Position numbers and translations under genes: made by a program. DNA of 60,898 nucleotides, the filler included. It is 10 parts of 10 records of this genome, joined end to end, with 100 filler letters (N's around TTAATTAATTAA, not from the genome) between each part and the next. Parts side by side here need not be neighbours in the genome. Positions count along the whole stretch, not along the records: positions 1 to 4,043 come from SRR15195285_3869; positions 4,144 to 7,547 come from SRR15195285_3872; positions 7,648 to 14,373 come from SRR15195285_3875; 7 more parts are not named here. One strand, given 5' to 3'. Positions within the stretch are counted from its first letter, which is position 1; each line of letters starts with the position of its first letter. Below, in pieces: positions 1 through 11,100 of the stretch. The notes below the pieces were generated by a model. The model saw nothing but the letters and a program-made list of their open reading frames with translations. It was not told the DNA's origin and did no database searches.

Positions 1-830
1 CACCGACGATGTGAATACACATCTAACTAGCGGCCCCACCCCAGCGCTAGCGATGCAGCGCTAGCGACGCTAGAACGCCACGGGGGCTGCGGAAACTTCT
101 TCTAGGTAGCGCCTGTCAAAGTCTGATGGGATGTCTGTGTCACCGACCTACAGTGCGCCCTCTTGTGACATCCGTTGTCTTGTCCACAGTCTCAGCTGCG
201 TAAAAACAGCTGCCACGACCTCTCTCCAGTCCTCAACCGGGTTCGCCGCTAGGCCCGCATTGATACCCAGCACACGGCCCACAGATTCACTCGGTCGCAA
301 CCATCGTAGTCGATTTCGTGGTGGGCCTGCAACTACGCCTGGGGGTACGTACGTCGGTGCATTGCCGTCATAGCTGCCTCGTAACGCGCAAGAAACTCTG
401 AACCACTTTTCGAACACGAACCGCGTCGAACGTGACCCGTGAGTGCATGCGGCGCCGCCGCGCGGTCGGTGCGTGCCGCGCATGTCGCACTGACATGTCG
501 CGCGCCGCGCGCGCGCGCGACCGCGCGCGCGACAACGCACGGCTACCACACGCCTTCGTGGCACCACACAACGCACGGCGCGACGTCCAGCGGCAGAGCG
601 TTGGTCTCTGTCAGAGCGGCGCTGACCTCAGTCGGACTCTCGCGCGCTGTCCCTGCTTGTCGTTCTCGCGCTCAGTGGTTGACACGGAGCGCCCAGTGTC
701 TGCGCAACGGCGAAGGGTCGCGCCCGCGCCGAGTGCTTCAGCGCGCCCTCTGCTGGCCCGCGCGCGCCGTGCAGCTTGAGGTACAGCGAGGTGCAGGCAG
801 CTCACCGCCTCGCTGGCAGTGGCAGCAGCC

Positions 831-3389
831 ATGCTACTCGGGCTCAGTATGATGCTGGCGGCCTGCTCGGTGACAGCCACTGCGGGCTCAGTGTCGTCAG
901 CGGGAGGCCAAGCCCTCGGCAACTTAAGCGGGGTCAACCTTCGCCTGACACTTATCCACGAGGAAGGTTATACCAATATGCTCGACGACGATGGGCTACT
1001 CCTGCCAACAGAAGAGTGGAGTGGATTTCTGATCGACCTGCTGCTGCGGGTCTCAGAGCACTCTGGCCTGAAATACACCCTCCACTCGCCATCCGGCAAC
1101 CATAGCGACTACTGTGCGCCAAGCAATTTGACGGGCGCAGCGCGTGCGGCGTTCTACGCCAAGCAGTACAACTGCGGCCAAGGAGACGCTGTCAACAACG
1201 CGACGGATGTGCTGTGGGGCATGTTCTATATAACTAGATTTCGCATGGACACCGGGTTCACATTCACGGTGCCATTTGCGGCTGACAAAGGCCTCGCGAT
1301 GTTAACTTCCGCAGGGTCACCACCGACATGGTATGAGGAGAGTCTCAAAATCTTCCGTCCGTTCGAACCACTAGCATGGGCGCTGTCGCTTGGTGCCGCG
1401 GTTGTGTACGCTGGCCTGATGTGGCTCATGGAGGCTGGGCACAGCCGGCGACAGACTGGGCGGTACGATACAGCGTATGATGTTTATCAGGATGATCCGC
1501 CCAAGTACACGCATGACGAGCAGGACTGTCGGCACTACTGGGGCTCGGAAGTGCACAGCGAGAATACGTGGGGTTTTTATAAGACGATCTACGGCTCGAT
1601 GCAGACCTTGCTTGCCCATGACTTGCCCGAAGTGACCACAAAATCCGGATTTTTCTACACCTGGATCTTTTCGTTTTATGCCGTGGTTTGGATTGCTGCG
1701 TATACAGCAAATTTGGCCGCGATTTTGGCATCATCTACAGCTAAGGTAGCCTTCGAGTCGATACCCGCGCTGATGGTGGCCCAACAATCTGGGCAGGTTG
1801 GGCCTGCGTGTGTGAAACTTGGAGCAGCCTATGTGACGTGGCTTGAGGTTAACTTCCCAAAACTAAAGCTTAAAAAAATGCCTGCAAGTGGGCTGGACAT
1901 TGCACAGGAAGTGGCGGCGAAAACGTGTGACGTGATGATTGACGCATCTCCCCAGGTTGAGTACATTCAAGCGGCTGAGTGCCAGCTGAAACTAGTCATA
2001 CCAGGCCAGCCGTTGAACTATGGAGTCACAGATATGGCGCTCGCAGTACGCGACGGTCTCGACTCGCACATACTGGACAGCATTTCATATTGGATACAAT
2101 CTTTGAAGCAGTGTGCACGAAACGATCGCAGCCCTCACTGCTACGGGAGGGAGAATATCGCCGCCATGTTTGACGTCTATACCAAATCGAGCTGCGGCAC
2201 CGATCAGAAAAAACAGGGCATCGAGCCTCTGTCGTACAAAAGCTTCACGTTGTTTTATACGCTGATCATTGGGGTTGGTGTATTGTTGGTCGTCACAGCT
2301 AGTGACACGAAATCACCATTGGTGCGGTTTTGGAAGTATAGTCTAAGCAGCCGGTGGAAACGCTGCGTGGCAAAAATGTGTTGCTGCCGAGCTGAGCAAG
2401 GAGCTGAACCTACCAAGGAGCAAGTTGCAGAGTACCCCCAGCGCCTTGGCGAATTGATCGCAGACGTGATCCAACACACGGACGCACACGACGATGCTGA
2501 TCGGCGTAGCCAACTTGACTCAATGGTGACTTTGCTGCGAATGATTCGCGCGGAAACTGACCCGGAGGAAGGTGGACCAAGCAGCGCCGCAAATCAGAAC
2601 GTTCACATTGCTAGTCTACGTACGCTCTTCAACTCCAAAGAAGGAATTAAACAATCAGCAGACCCAACAGACGAGCAGAAGGTTGAGTTGGAAACGTTGA
2701 AGAGTTTCGTTCGCAAGGACAAGAGTCTACTCGACTACCTCTTGCCCACTAATGCCGAAGAGGACTCAACTAAAGACGAACGTGACAGAGTACGCATGCT
2801 AGGGGGCAAGTTCACAGCACTACAAGCCAAGATATTTGATGCTCTTGAATATTATTATACGCATCACCATGTTGAAAGCTGGATGTACCTGATAGAACTG
2901 AGAACACAGCTCACAAAGAAACGCAAACGTGTGAATAGGCAACCGAAATGCAGAGGAGACAAGACTCAACGCGCAGCCAAGACTCGCGAATCTCAGCACC
3001 TTATCTGTGAGTCTCACCGGACTATACGACGTATCAATCAGCTCAGAAAATGCTGAGGACGCTCATTGAATCTACTGACTGACTGACTGACTGCAGTGAA
3101 ACTAAATGGACGCGTCCGTATCATGCTCTCCGCGGCATGGGAGCACGCGATAGATGAATGGTCGCCGCAAGCGAGCACAGGGTCTGGTGGCTGGAAACGG
3201 GCAGCCTCTGTTGCCCAACTAGCACCAGCAGTTAATGCAATTGCCATACTAGCACCAGCAGGGAAACCCGATGCCGAACCAAGCCAGAGTGAGCACCAGC
3301 AGCAACCATCGCTGCCAGAGGCGGAGCCAGACGAGGCTGGTCTGAATCTGGCGAAGCAGAAAGCACCCGCCTCGGGAGGCCGTGCGTAA
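831..3389 (+). CDS. Ionotropic glutamate receptor-like (iGluR/GLR) ligand-gated ion channel lacking the N-terminal ATD; exons 831-2928 and 3097-3389
   Basis: First ATG at 831 followed by a signal peptide. S1 lobe ends in FTVPF; pre-M1/M1 is IFRPFEPLAW; the re-entrant segment is SMQTLLAHD; the M3 gate is AYTANLAAIL (SYTANLAAF family); then S2 lobe and M4. A phase-1 intron GTGTGA...CTGCAG (2929-3096) joins ORF 819-3056 in frame to ORF 3096-3389. Confidence 0.85.
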
Positions 3390-3696
3390 GCAACTGCAAG
3401 AAGTTGTAAAGTTGGGTACTAGTCACGGGGAGGTCGTGTGCGCACAGACTGGCAGAAAAAGGGACTGCGCTTTTTTCAAAATTTGAAATCAAATTGAAGA
3501 ATTGGCACATTCGTGGTGTCTGCCTGTCTGTATCCACTTTTTTTCTGCCAAAGCACGATCGATAACATCATTCACAGTTTAGGTGTGAACGCAGCCGCCC
3601 TGCAACCTCGTGATGCCGACACAAACAGAGAGTACATTGTGAGGTGTGTTTGAATCGATGCGCACTGGTTTGTAGTGTCGATTGCACCGCCACGGG

Positions 3697-3732
3697 CCGA
3701 CGCCCAACGCCCAACGCCCGACGCCCGACGCC
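3697..3732. repeat. 7-bp minisatellite (CCRACGC)x5
   Basis: ccgacgc-ccaacgc-ccaacgc-ccgacgc-ccgacgc read directly. Confidence 0.8.
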
Positions 3733-4043
3733 GTTCCGCCGGTGGCCGGGTTCGTTGCCACGGACGTATCCCTCGCGCGGCACATGTACTCCACTGTACA
3801 GTGTAGTGTACAGTAGAGATCTATAAATGTACGTGTAGTGCTGGTACTCTCTAACTCAGAGAGTGCCTAGCGCGACAACGTCGCCGCCTTGCACTGGAGG
3901 ACGAAGCAAATTGACTAGTGTTCACATTGTCCTACGTTGAATATACCTATTCGAATACATTCGTTCTACCCTCTTACCAGTCTGCCCTAGAGGATTTGGC
4001 GCCATTTAAGGGTGGTGGCGCCGGTTTGTGGCGGTTGTTGCTT

Positions 4044-4143
4044 NNNNNNNNNNNNNNNNNNNNNNNNNNNNNNNNNNNNNNNNNNNNTTAATTAATTAAN
4101 NNNNNNNNNNNNNNNNNNNNNNNNNNNNNNNNNNNNNNNNNNN
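4044..4143. other. Artificial contig-joining spacer; identical spacers at 7548-7647, 14374-14473, 20658-20757, 31282-31381, 37192-37291, 41507-41606, 44697-44796 and 48628-48727
   Basis: Each is exactly 100 nt (N44-TTAATTAATTAA-N44), the core has stops in all six frames, and several genes are truncated at the spacers. Confidence 0.98.
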
Positions 4144-4386
4144 CCGACCTGTAGAGCCCCCTTCGGGCGACTGCGGACTGGGCTAGAACGCGTCTGGTCA
4201 CAGTGTGATTGGGAGGTCACGACAACAAACGTGGGGACGATAAGAAAGCTCGCGGGTGCGCGCTACGGTACCGTGGGCAACCGGAACCAGGCGCCGTTGG
4301 CGCGAATGACACTGCGACTCGTGCACTGGTCCGGAGGCAGGGCGGGAGCGAGCACGCACAAGGCACACTCTTCACTTGCAGCGAGC

Positions 4387-5413
4387 ATGGCCCCTCTGCG
4401 CGCTTCTCACACTGCGGCACTGCTATGGCGACGCGGCTCCTCAGGCGCAGCGGTGCGAGCTGGAACTGTTAGGCTAGGCTCTGCGGTGCATGGACGGTGG
4501 CAGAGCACAGAAGCAGGGGCGGGACCGTCTGTGCTGGTGCTGGGCGGGAATGGATTTGTCGGGTCAGCGGTGTGCGCCGCGGCGGTCGGTGCGGGTATGC
4601 GTGTGTCCTCACTCAGCCGCTCGGGCAGGCCTGGTTGGTATGAAAAGATTGCAGAGGAGGAGCGGGAGGCCCACTGGGCAACGCGCGTGGACTGGAAATC
4701 GGGCGACGTGTTCGAGCCAGCTTCGCTGCGTGAAGCGATGGGAGACGAAGCGCCAGTAGACGCCGTCGTGTCGAGCATAGGGGCGTTCGGGAGCAAAGAG
4801 TTTATGATTAAGATGAATGGACAAGCAACAATAGGCGCAGCAGAGGTCGCGAAAGAGCTTGGTGTGTCGCGGTTTGTGTTCGTTTCGGCGCACGACTACG
4901 GCTTTCCAGTGCGCAACCTTGTCGCAGGTTACTACGATGGCAAGCAGAACGCTGAAGCAGCCATCACCGAGCTGTACGGTGACAATGGCGTGATGCTGCG
5001 TGCATCGGCCGTGTACGGCAAGCGTATTCTCCCGGGCAAGGACGGGAAGACGTTGCCGCTTGACGTGCGTTCGTTTGCCTGTTGTCGTTTGCTCCGCCCA
5101 GTAAAAGCCTAACACGAACGGTCGACTGCACAGCTCTTGGGCGTGCCTCTGCGCACGATTGGTTCGGCCATTGGATTTTTGCAACCCGTACCATTGGTAA
5201 ATTTGGTAGCAGTACGGTGGGTTGACGTGAACGAAGTAGGAAGGGCTGCAGCACGGTGAGTGAGCACGACTAGCCACTTTTAAAGCGCTGACTTCCCACA
5301 CGCAGGGCTGATAGCGAATATGTTGCGCGCGAGAGTGCAGGGTCGCATCCCCGACGTCTACATATTCTGGAATTCTAGACGTGGACACGATCATCGACAT
5401 AGGTAAACCGTAA
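4387..5413 (+). CDS. Atypical SDR / NAD(P)-binding Rossmann protein (Coq11/At1g32220/NDUFA9-like), probably mitochondrial; exons 4387-5064, 5134-5255, 5341-5413
   Basis: Arg/Ala-rich presequence MAPLRASH..., VLVLGGNGFVGSAVC dinucleotide-binding motif, SLSRSG, FVFVSA, YYDGK (YxxxK). Two GT-AG introns restore a C-terminus ...GILDVDTIIDIGKP*. Confidence 0.85.
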
Positions 5414-5551
5414 AACGAGTAAGGTAGTGTCTAGGGTGCGAGCAACGCCAGCGAAGTGGTACAATGTATCAAGGCAGTGCACCTATTACACAGCTGCGCG
5501 CTCTGTGAGCCACAGCCCCCGCTCGACATCTTCGCTGGTACCTTGTCGATC

Positions 5552-7547
5552 TCACGCAAAAGTCACTAGGTAAGTCTTTAGCTCCATCGGACGCACTGTC
5601 ACGGTTAAGGCAGCGTCTGTTTCGTCCAGAGGCACTCGGTCTGTTTCAGCGCCTTCAACGTTGGTATTTGGGTAGGTGGTCGACGTCGCCCAGATCTTCT
5701 TCTTGGCCTCGAACTCTTCCCGGGGCTGGTTGGCAGTCAGCATCGTCTCCGTGGCTGTGGCGATCTTGAGACCTGCCTTAGCAAAGACCGCCGCCAGCGA
5801 GAATGTCGCTGGGCGAGACAGGGTTGGGTGCTCGCCAACGGCGTAGAGGTGACTCAGCCGCAGCAAAAGCTTGCCCTCGTTCCACGCAGCGTAGTTGGAA
5901 CCTAACGTCATCAGTTTCACGTTGGGTGGAAGCGACTCTGATATAGCTGACATCGACGGCACCGCAACTGAGTTGCTGCTCGACTTGGAGAATGCAAGTG
6001 TCGGCGGGAAGTTCAAGTGCTCAATCAGCTGACGTCGCGTTGCGTGTGATTTTTCGATAATATCGAAGACGAGCAGTGCAGACCCACGCATCGTGAGACC
6101 TTCGCACTCGCAGCCGCCGTCGCCCTCGTGGCCGTGCGCGCCCATATCATGCGGCTGTGCTCCAATGTCATTGCAGCCACACATCGTTTCGTTGAGCGGC
6201 TCCTGCACGCCCCGATGGTCATCATGCTGGCATCGGCGATGCACCATGATTTCAAGCTGTCCGTCGGTCATAGAGCTGCCACCCATCGATACGTCAGTCA
6301 CCACCGCCATTTCATTCTCACCGTCATCAAGAGACAGCATTGAGTTTACAGGATCTGCACGCAAGCACAGATCCACAATAGGTCAGAGAAGTTCATTCAA
6401 GGCTGACATAAACCCGATCCCGAGTAATGTAGAGTACGGCGGTCGAGGCGCACAATAGTTTCCTGCAACGGGTTCGTTGATCTGGAGCTGAGGGTAGCTT
6501 GGACCCCTTTCGTTGCGTACGCGTTTGATCATCTCACGACCATTGGAGTCAGCAAAGAACGTGCCTTTGCTCTCAATGCCTGAAGAGAATTTGATCACGA
6601 GCTCCTTTCCACGCGTGCCGTCTTCGCTCTCAGGATCTGGCCGTTCAGGGTCCAGAGGTGCCTTGCCTTGATTCCATGGAATTGGACCTGCGATCCAATC
6701 CACCTCGACATAAGGCGAGCCCTTTGTGAGACGGACCGTGTGGGTCGCCCAGCTGCCAAACGACTGCTTGACCTCAGTGACAAGTGGTCCAACAGAGACA
6801 TCGATTGTTGGCTGCACTGAAGAAACGGCGAACGTGTACTGCTCCTGGGGACGAAACAAGTAGGCGCCTGAGGCCTGAGTGGAACAAGAATGAGTTCCGT
6901 TCGGCAGTTTTGTGCATGCAGAATGCGGACCATCGCCTTCAGAAGAAATGTAGTAACCCCATGAAATATTCAGCGTCGTTTCAACCCCACTCTTCAAGTT
7001 CTTAATGCTGCTGATTGCACCCTTGGCGTGGTCGATCGTGAGGCTGTATACGCCATTGCTTACCGACGTCGGCGCAACAGATACAGCTTCACTGGGAACT
7101 GATGTCGACGTGGACTTTTTGACGGAAAAGGTAGAGTAGCCGACCGGCGGGAGGGGCGCCTCGAATGTCACGACATGCGTAGCCTTGTTGCTCAGACGAG
7201 CGCTTTCGGCAGAAATCGCAGCAGCGGACAGATTCGCACGGTTCAGGTACAGCAATGGAAGGCTCTTTGTACGCGCATCGAGTGCAGTGGCCTGACTCGG
7301 TAGCACTGCCTTGGTTGCGAGGTCCGTAACGGTCCATGTGTCGCCTGACACCGGGATGCGCAGCCAACTAGTCGAGTTCTGGGCGAGCGGGTTCCATGCG
7401 ATGACGGTGAACTCATCCACGCCAGTAGTGTAGGCGCACATGGACATATTCAAGCAGTTCCCGGCCGCATTGCAATTGCAGTGGCCAATGTCGCCCTTGA
7501 TTCCTGTGAGCTTCTTCAGGGCCATTGCCACACCGGCCTCAACTTCG
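5552..7547 (-). CDS. Lysosomal-type alpha-mannosidase (GH38), C-terminal part, 5'-truncated; intron 6355-6453
   Basis: Motifs QASGAYLFRP, FFADSNGREM, PVAGNY|YPVN (restored by splicing), GQLEIMVHRR, LLLRLSHLY, VRPMELKTY. Confidence 0.92.
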
Positions 7548-7647
7548 NNNNNNNNNNNNNNNNNNNNNNNNNNNNNNNNNNNNNNNNNNNNTTAATTAAT
7601 TAANNNNNNNNNNNNNNNNNNNNNNNNNNNNNNNNNNNNNNNNNNNN

Positions 7648-7972
7648 CGTCGCGGCCGTCCGCAAGGGAGGGAAGCTCACATCAACGATGCTAGAAGACG
7701 ACGAGCTGCGCATGATCTTCGATGCAGTCGATATGGATGGCAACGGTGTTGTGTCGATTGCAGAGCTGACCTCCTGGGTGTGGCCAGCGCGGGCAGCGAC
7801 AGGTGTGATTACGGGCGCTGCCTCTGACAACCGAGGAACTCTACAGACTACAGCGGGACAAGCACGCAGACGATCACAGCTGGAGCCACAACCAGCACGT
7901 ATTACCGCTGCTCAAGACCATGCTAAACATGCTGTAGACACAATGTCCGGCTCGGAAACGGAAGACGACTAG
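7648..7972 (+). CDS. EF-hand protein, 3' fragment
   Basis: ELRMIFDAVDMDGNGVVSIAEL is a canonical EF-hand; the frame is open from the contig edge. Confidence 0.65.
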
Positions 7973-8103
7973 CTCAAGTCAGCAAGAGCCCCAATCGACT
8001 GCCTGCTCGACAACAGGGAAGGCGGCAAACTTTATGATCTGGTTGCACCGATAGTTTGTAGAGGTCGTTGCATTAACGAGCAAAATGACAATCATATTGC
8101 CGT

Positions 8104-11100
8104 TCATCTCATTGACTGATGCTCAACCGCACCAATCGGTGCTTCTCCAATCAAAGCGTCCGAGCGGCCATCGCTCACGCCGAGCTTTCCTTGCCCCGCC
8201 ACTGCTTTTACCAGCCCCGCCCGTGCATGGCCGTTTCGGGCAAGGATTTCTAGAGGAGTGTGGCCGAATACATCGCGGGTCGGCGCGAGCCCATTGCTCC
8301 TACCTCTTCGTTTTGGCCGTTTCCTACCGGGCATGCTAGGAGCAACTGATAAAAGTTTGAGCAGGCACTCGAGCTCGGGTGCATCAAGACCACTGTCAAT
8401 ACCGAGCGATGCAGCGTAATGGATCGGAAGCCGCCCGACACGATTCTGTACTGAGATGACCGGGGTGTACTCAGCCACGAGCACAGCGCAGGCGTCCTCG
8501 CGGACGGCACGAGCGTTCTGGCACAATAAGTGCAAGGAAGTATTGCCGTGCGCATCCTGGGCAGCCACTGCTTCTCGACCACATGGTGAGAGCACGAGAC
8601 ACCGAATGTGTGCTGATTTTGCGTGAGGGTTTGCACAAAGAATGTGCAGCGGATTTCGACGGAGCTTTCCACTGGTATGGATCAGCGCCTGCGGGTAAGC
8701 GTAAGTAATCTCCGCCAAGTCTTGCTCGGTGATCAGAGGATCTCCACACGCAAACGCAAGCAGGCTCAAGTCACCTGGCGTGGGTTCCTCCATCGGAACA
8801 ACAGGCGCGTCGGATGGCTCACGCAACGGCACTGCTGCCAACCGTCCGTCGCTTTTGACGACTAGTTCTTTGAGTAGCTTCGCGGTCAGAGCTGGCTCGT
8901 TCTCCGGACGGCATGTAAACTGCAACACATCCAAAGGTGTGCGGCCATCGCAGTTTGGTACAGACCAAGCTGCGGTCGTGGCAGAGCTTCCCGCCGCCCA
9001 GCACAACAGTTCCCGGGTCCACCTCGTTGGATTGGTGCAAAGAAGATGCAAAGCGGTCATGCCCGAGTGATCCTTTGCCGCCCAGTCCACCAAGCTTCGT
9101 GAGTAACTATTGACATTCTCATGCAGACGGTCCCCGTGTCCAGCACTTGGCAGCTGTTGCCAGGAATGCTGCAACTGGAAACGGCCCGCTGATGCTTCGA
9201 TTCCCGTGTCATCTGGTATCCCAGCGATGATTTCTGCCATCGACTGGCCAGCGTACTGTCGTGTGTCGGCTGCGTGAAGTGAACGCCGCGGGGCGGAGAG
9301 AAAATGCGCGCCTCGAATAGACGTGCGCCTCCGGTTCGATTTTTGAACCGATTGCGACTTCATGGTTTTAGCAGCAACTTGCGATCGACGATCGACATGG
9401 TCTTGAGCTTGCCTGACAGCACGAGGTGATGCTGAGGCAGCCTCCGCCGCACGTCGCCTCTGTTTCTCGTTAAGTGCATGCTTTTTCCTAATTGATCGCA
9501 CATGATTGGTCTGCTCGGCAAGCTTGCTGGCAAGGATATCACGTGCCTTATCGCCAGCATTCAGCTCAAGGGCAAACTCTGGCCTGCCAACCATATTTTC
9601 TGCAGATGCCTGGCTCACTACCACCTGCTTCGAGTCAATCGCTGCGACAGCACTCTCGTTGAGGGTCTGAAACAGGGCCAGCACCTCTGGAGCAGCCGCG
9701 GCTTTGTTTTTGCACAGATAATGCAGGGGTGTCTGACCGCGGCCATCAATTTGTGCGGCGGTACTCCCAGCAGCAACCATAACCATCTGTAAAGATTTGA
9801 GCGTCAAATTTGGCTGTGCGCACAGCCAGTGCAGCGGAGTGATGTTGCCATCTGCCAGTTTCGTCACGTGTGCAGGACCAAAGTCACTGCAGTCTGGGCC
9901 GTGTGTGTCCTTAATTTCCCCTGTTGCAAAGGTCGAACACTCCCCCACCAGTTTCTCCAGTAGATCCACAGAGAGGGCACCATGCGCTAACAAGAGATCG
10001 AGAGCCGAATTAGAATACGCGTCTCGGAAGTGAATCGACTCAGACAAACGATCGGTCATTTGTTTTGCCAGCACATTTATCGCATCCGCGAAAACGGCAT
10101 TGTGGCTGCAGTAAATTTGCAACGGAGTGCGTCCCTCTTCGTCTTGTCTGACCACGGCATCAGGGAACGCGCCAATCACAAGCTGCAGACCAACAACAAC
10201 AGCTCGATTGTGCAGTGCGTTCACCCTAACTGGAGCGTTTCCACTGGACTCAGCTGGTCGCTCCCTGCCTTCAGTACCTCCGGTGTCTTTCTGGTTGGAT
10301 GCCTTTTGATCTGCCTCGGTGTCCTTGCTGTAGAGATCTGTGACCTCAGCACGTAGAGCGACCCCTGCATCGTCTTTGGTCTGCAATCTTGCCACGATCA
10401 GGTCTACCAAAGCAGTTTTGGGGGCGTATGACTCCTCAGCCTCGTCCACTGCATAGGCGGGAACACCTTCCAACAACGCTCGCTTGCGCAGCGCACCCTT
10501 CTTCAAATGTGCAAGATCCCTGCGCCACACTCCCTCGTGATCAATTTGCCCGTGCTCTAAGATGAGACCCCTCAAATGCTCTCGGTAATCTACCGACGCC
10601 GGCAGGTGCCCAAGTAGACTTGAACGTACGTCAGGTTCTGGATCCCTGCTGACGGTGTAGCACATCCAGTGAAGCACTGTAATTGGTTCTTTGGACCAAG
10701 GGTTACGCATGTCTTTCATAGGGACTTCCGCGACTCGTGGGGTGTGTTTAATTAAATCAAAAACGGTTGCTGGAGTAAGCCTGCGCTCAGCCACAAGCAG
10801 GTCTAATGGGCGGTCACCATTTTCGTTCTGTTCCTCCCAGCAGCTACTCAGTGCCGCGCTGATGGTAAGCAAATGCGCAGACGTCGTATATTCTCCCATG
10901 CAGAGGAGGTGAAGCGGGGTATTACCTGCAGGTCCTGCGACCGCGCAAGCGTCGGGGAACGCATCTACTACCTTTTGCAATGTAGATGATGAAACAGCAA
11001 CATCTCTCTCCGAGGCGTGACTGTGTTGCATGCACAACCAGTGGAGAGGCGAGACGGAGCATGTGCTATCTTCATCCACCGTAATCGGGGCATGAGCTTC

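Noticed and set aside
131-852. Short ORFs at the start of contig 1
   Set aside because: Arg/Ala-rich translations of CpG-rich upstream DNA; I could not build a consistent exon model or find a motif.
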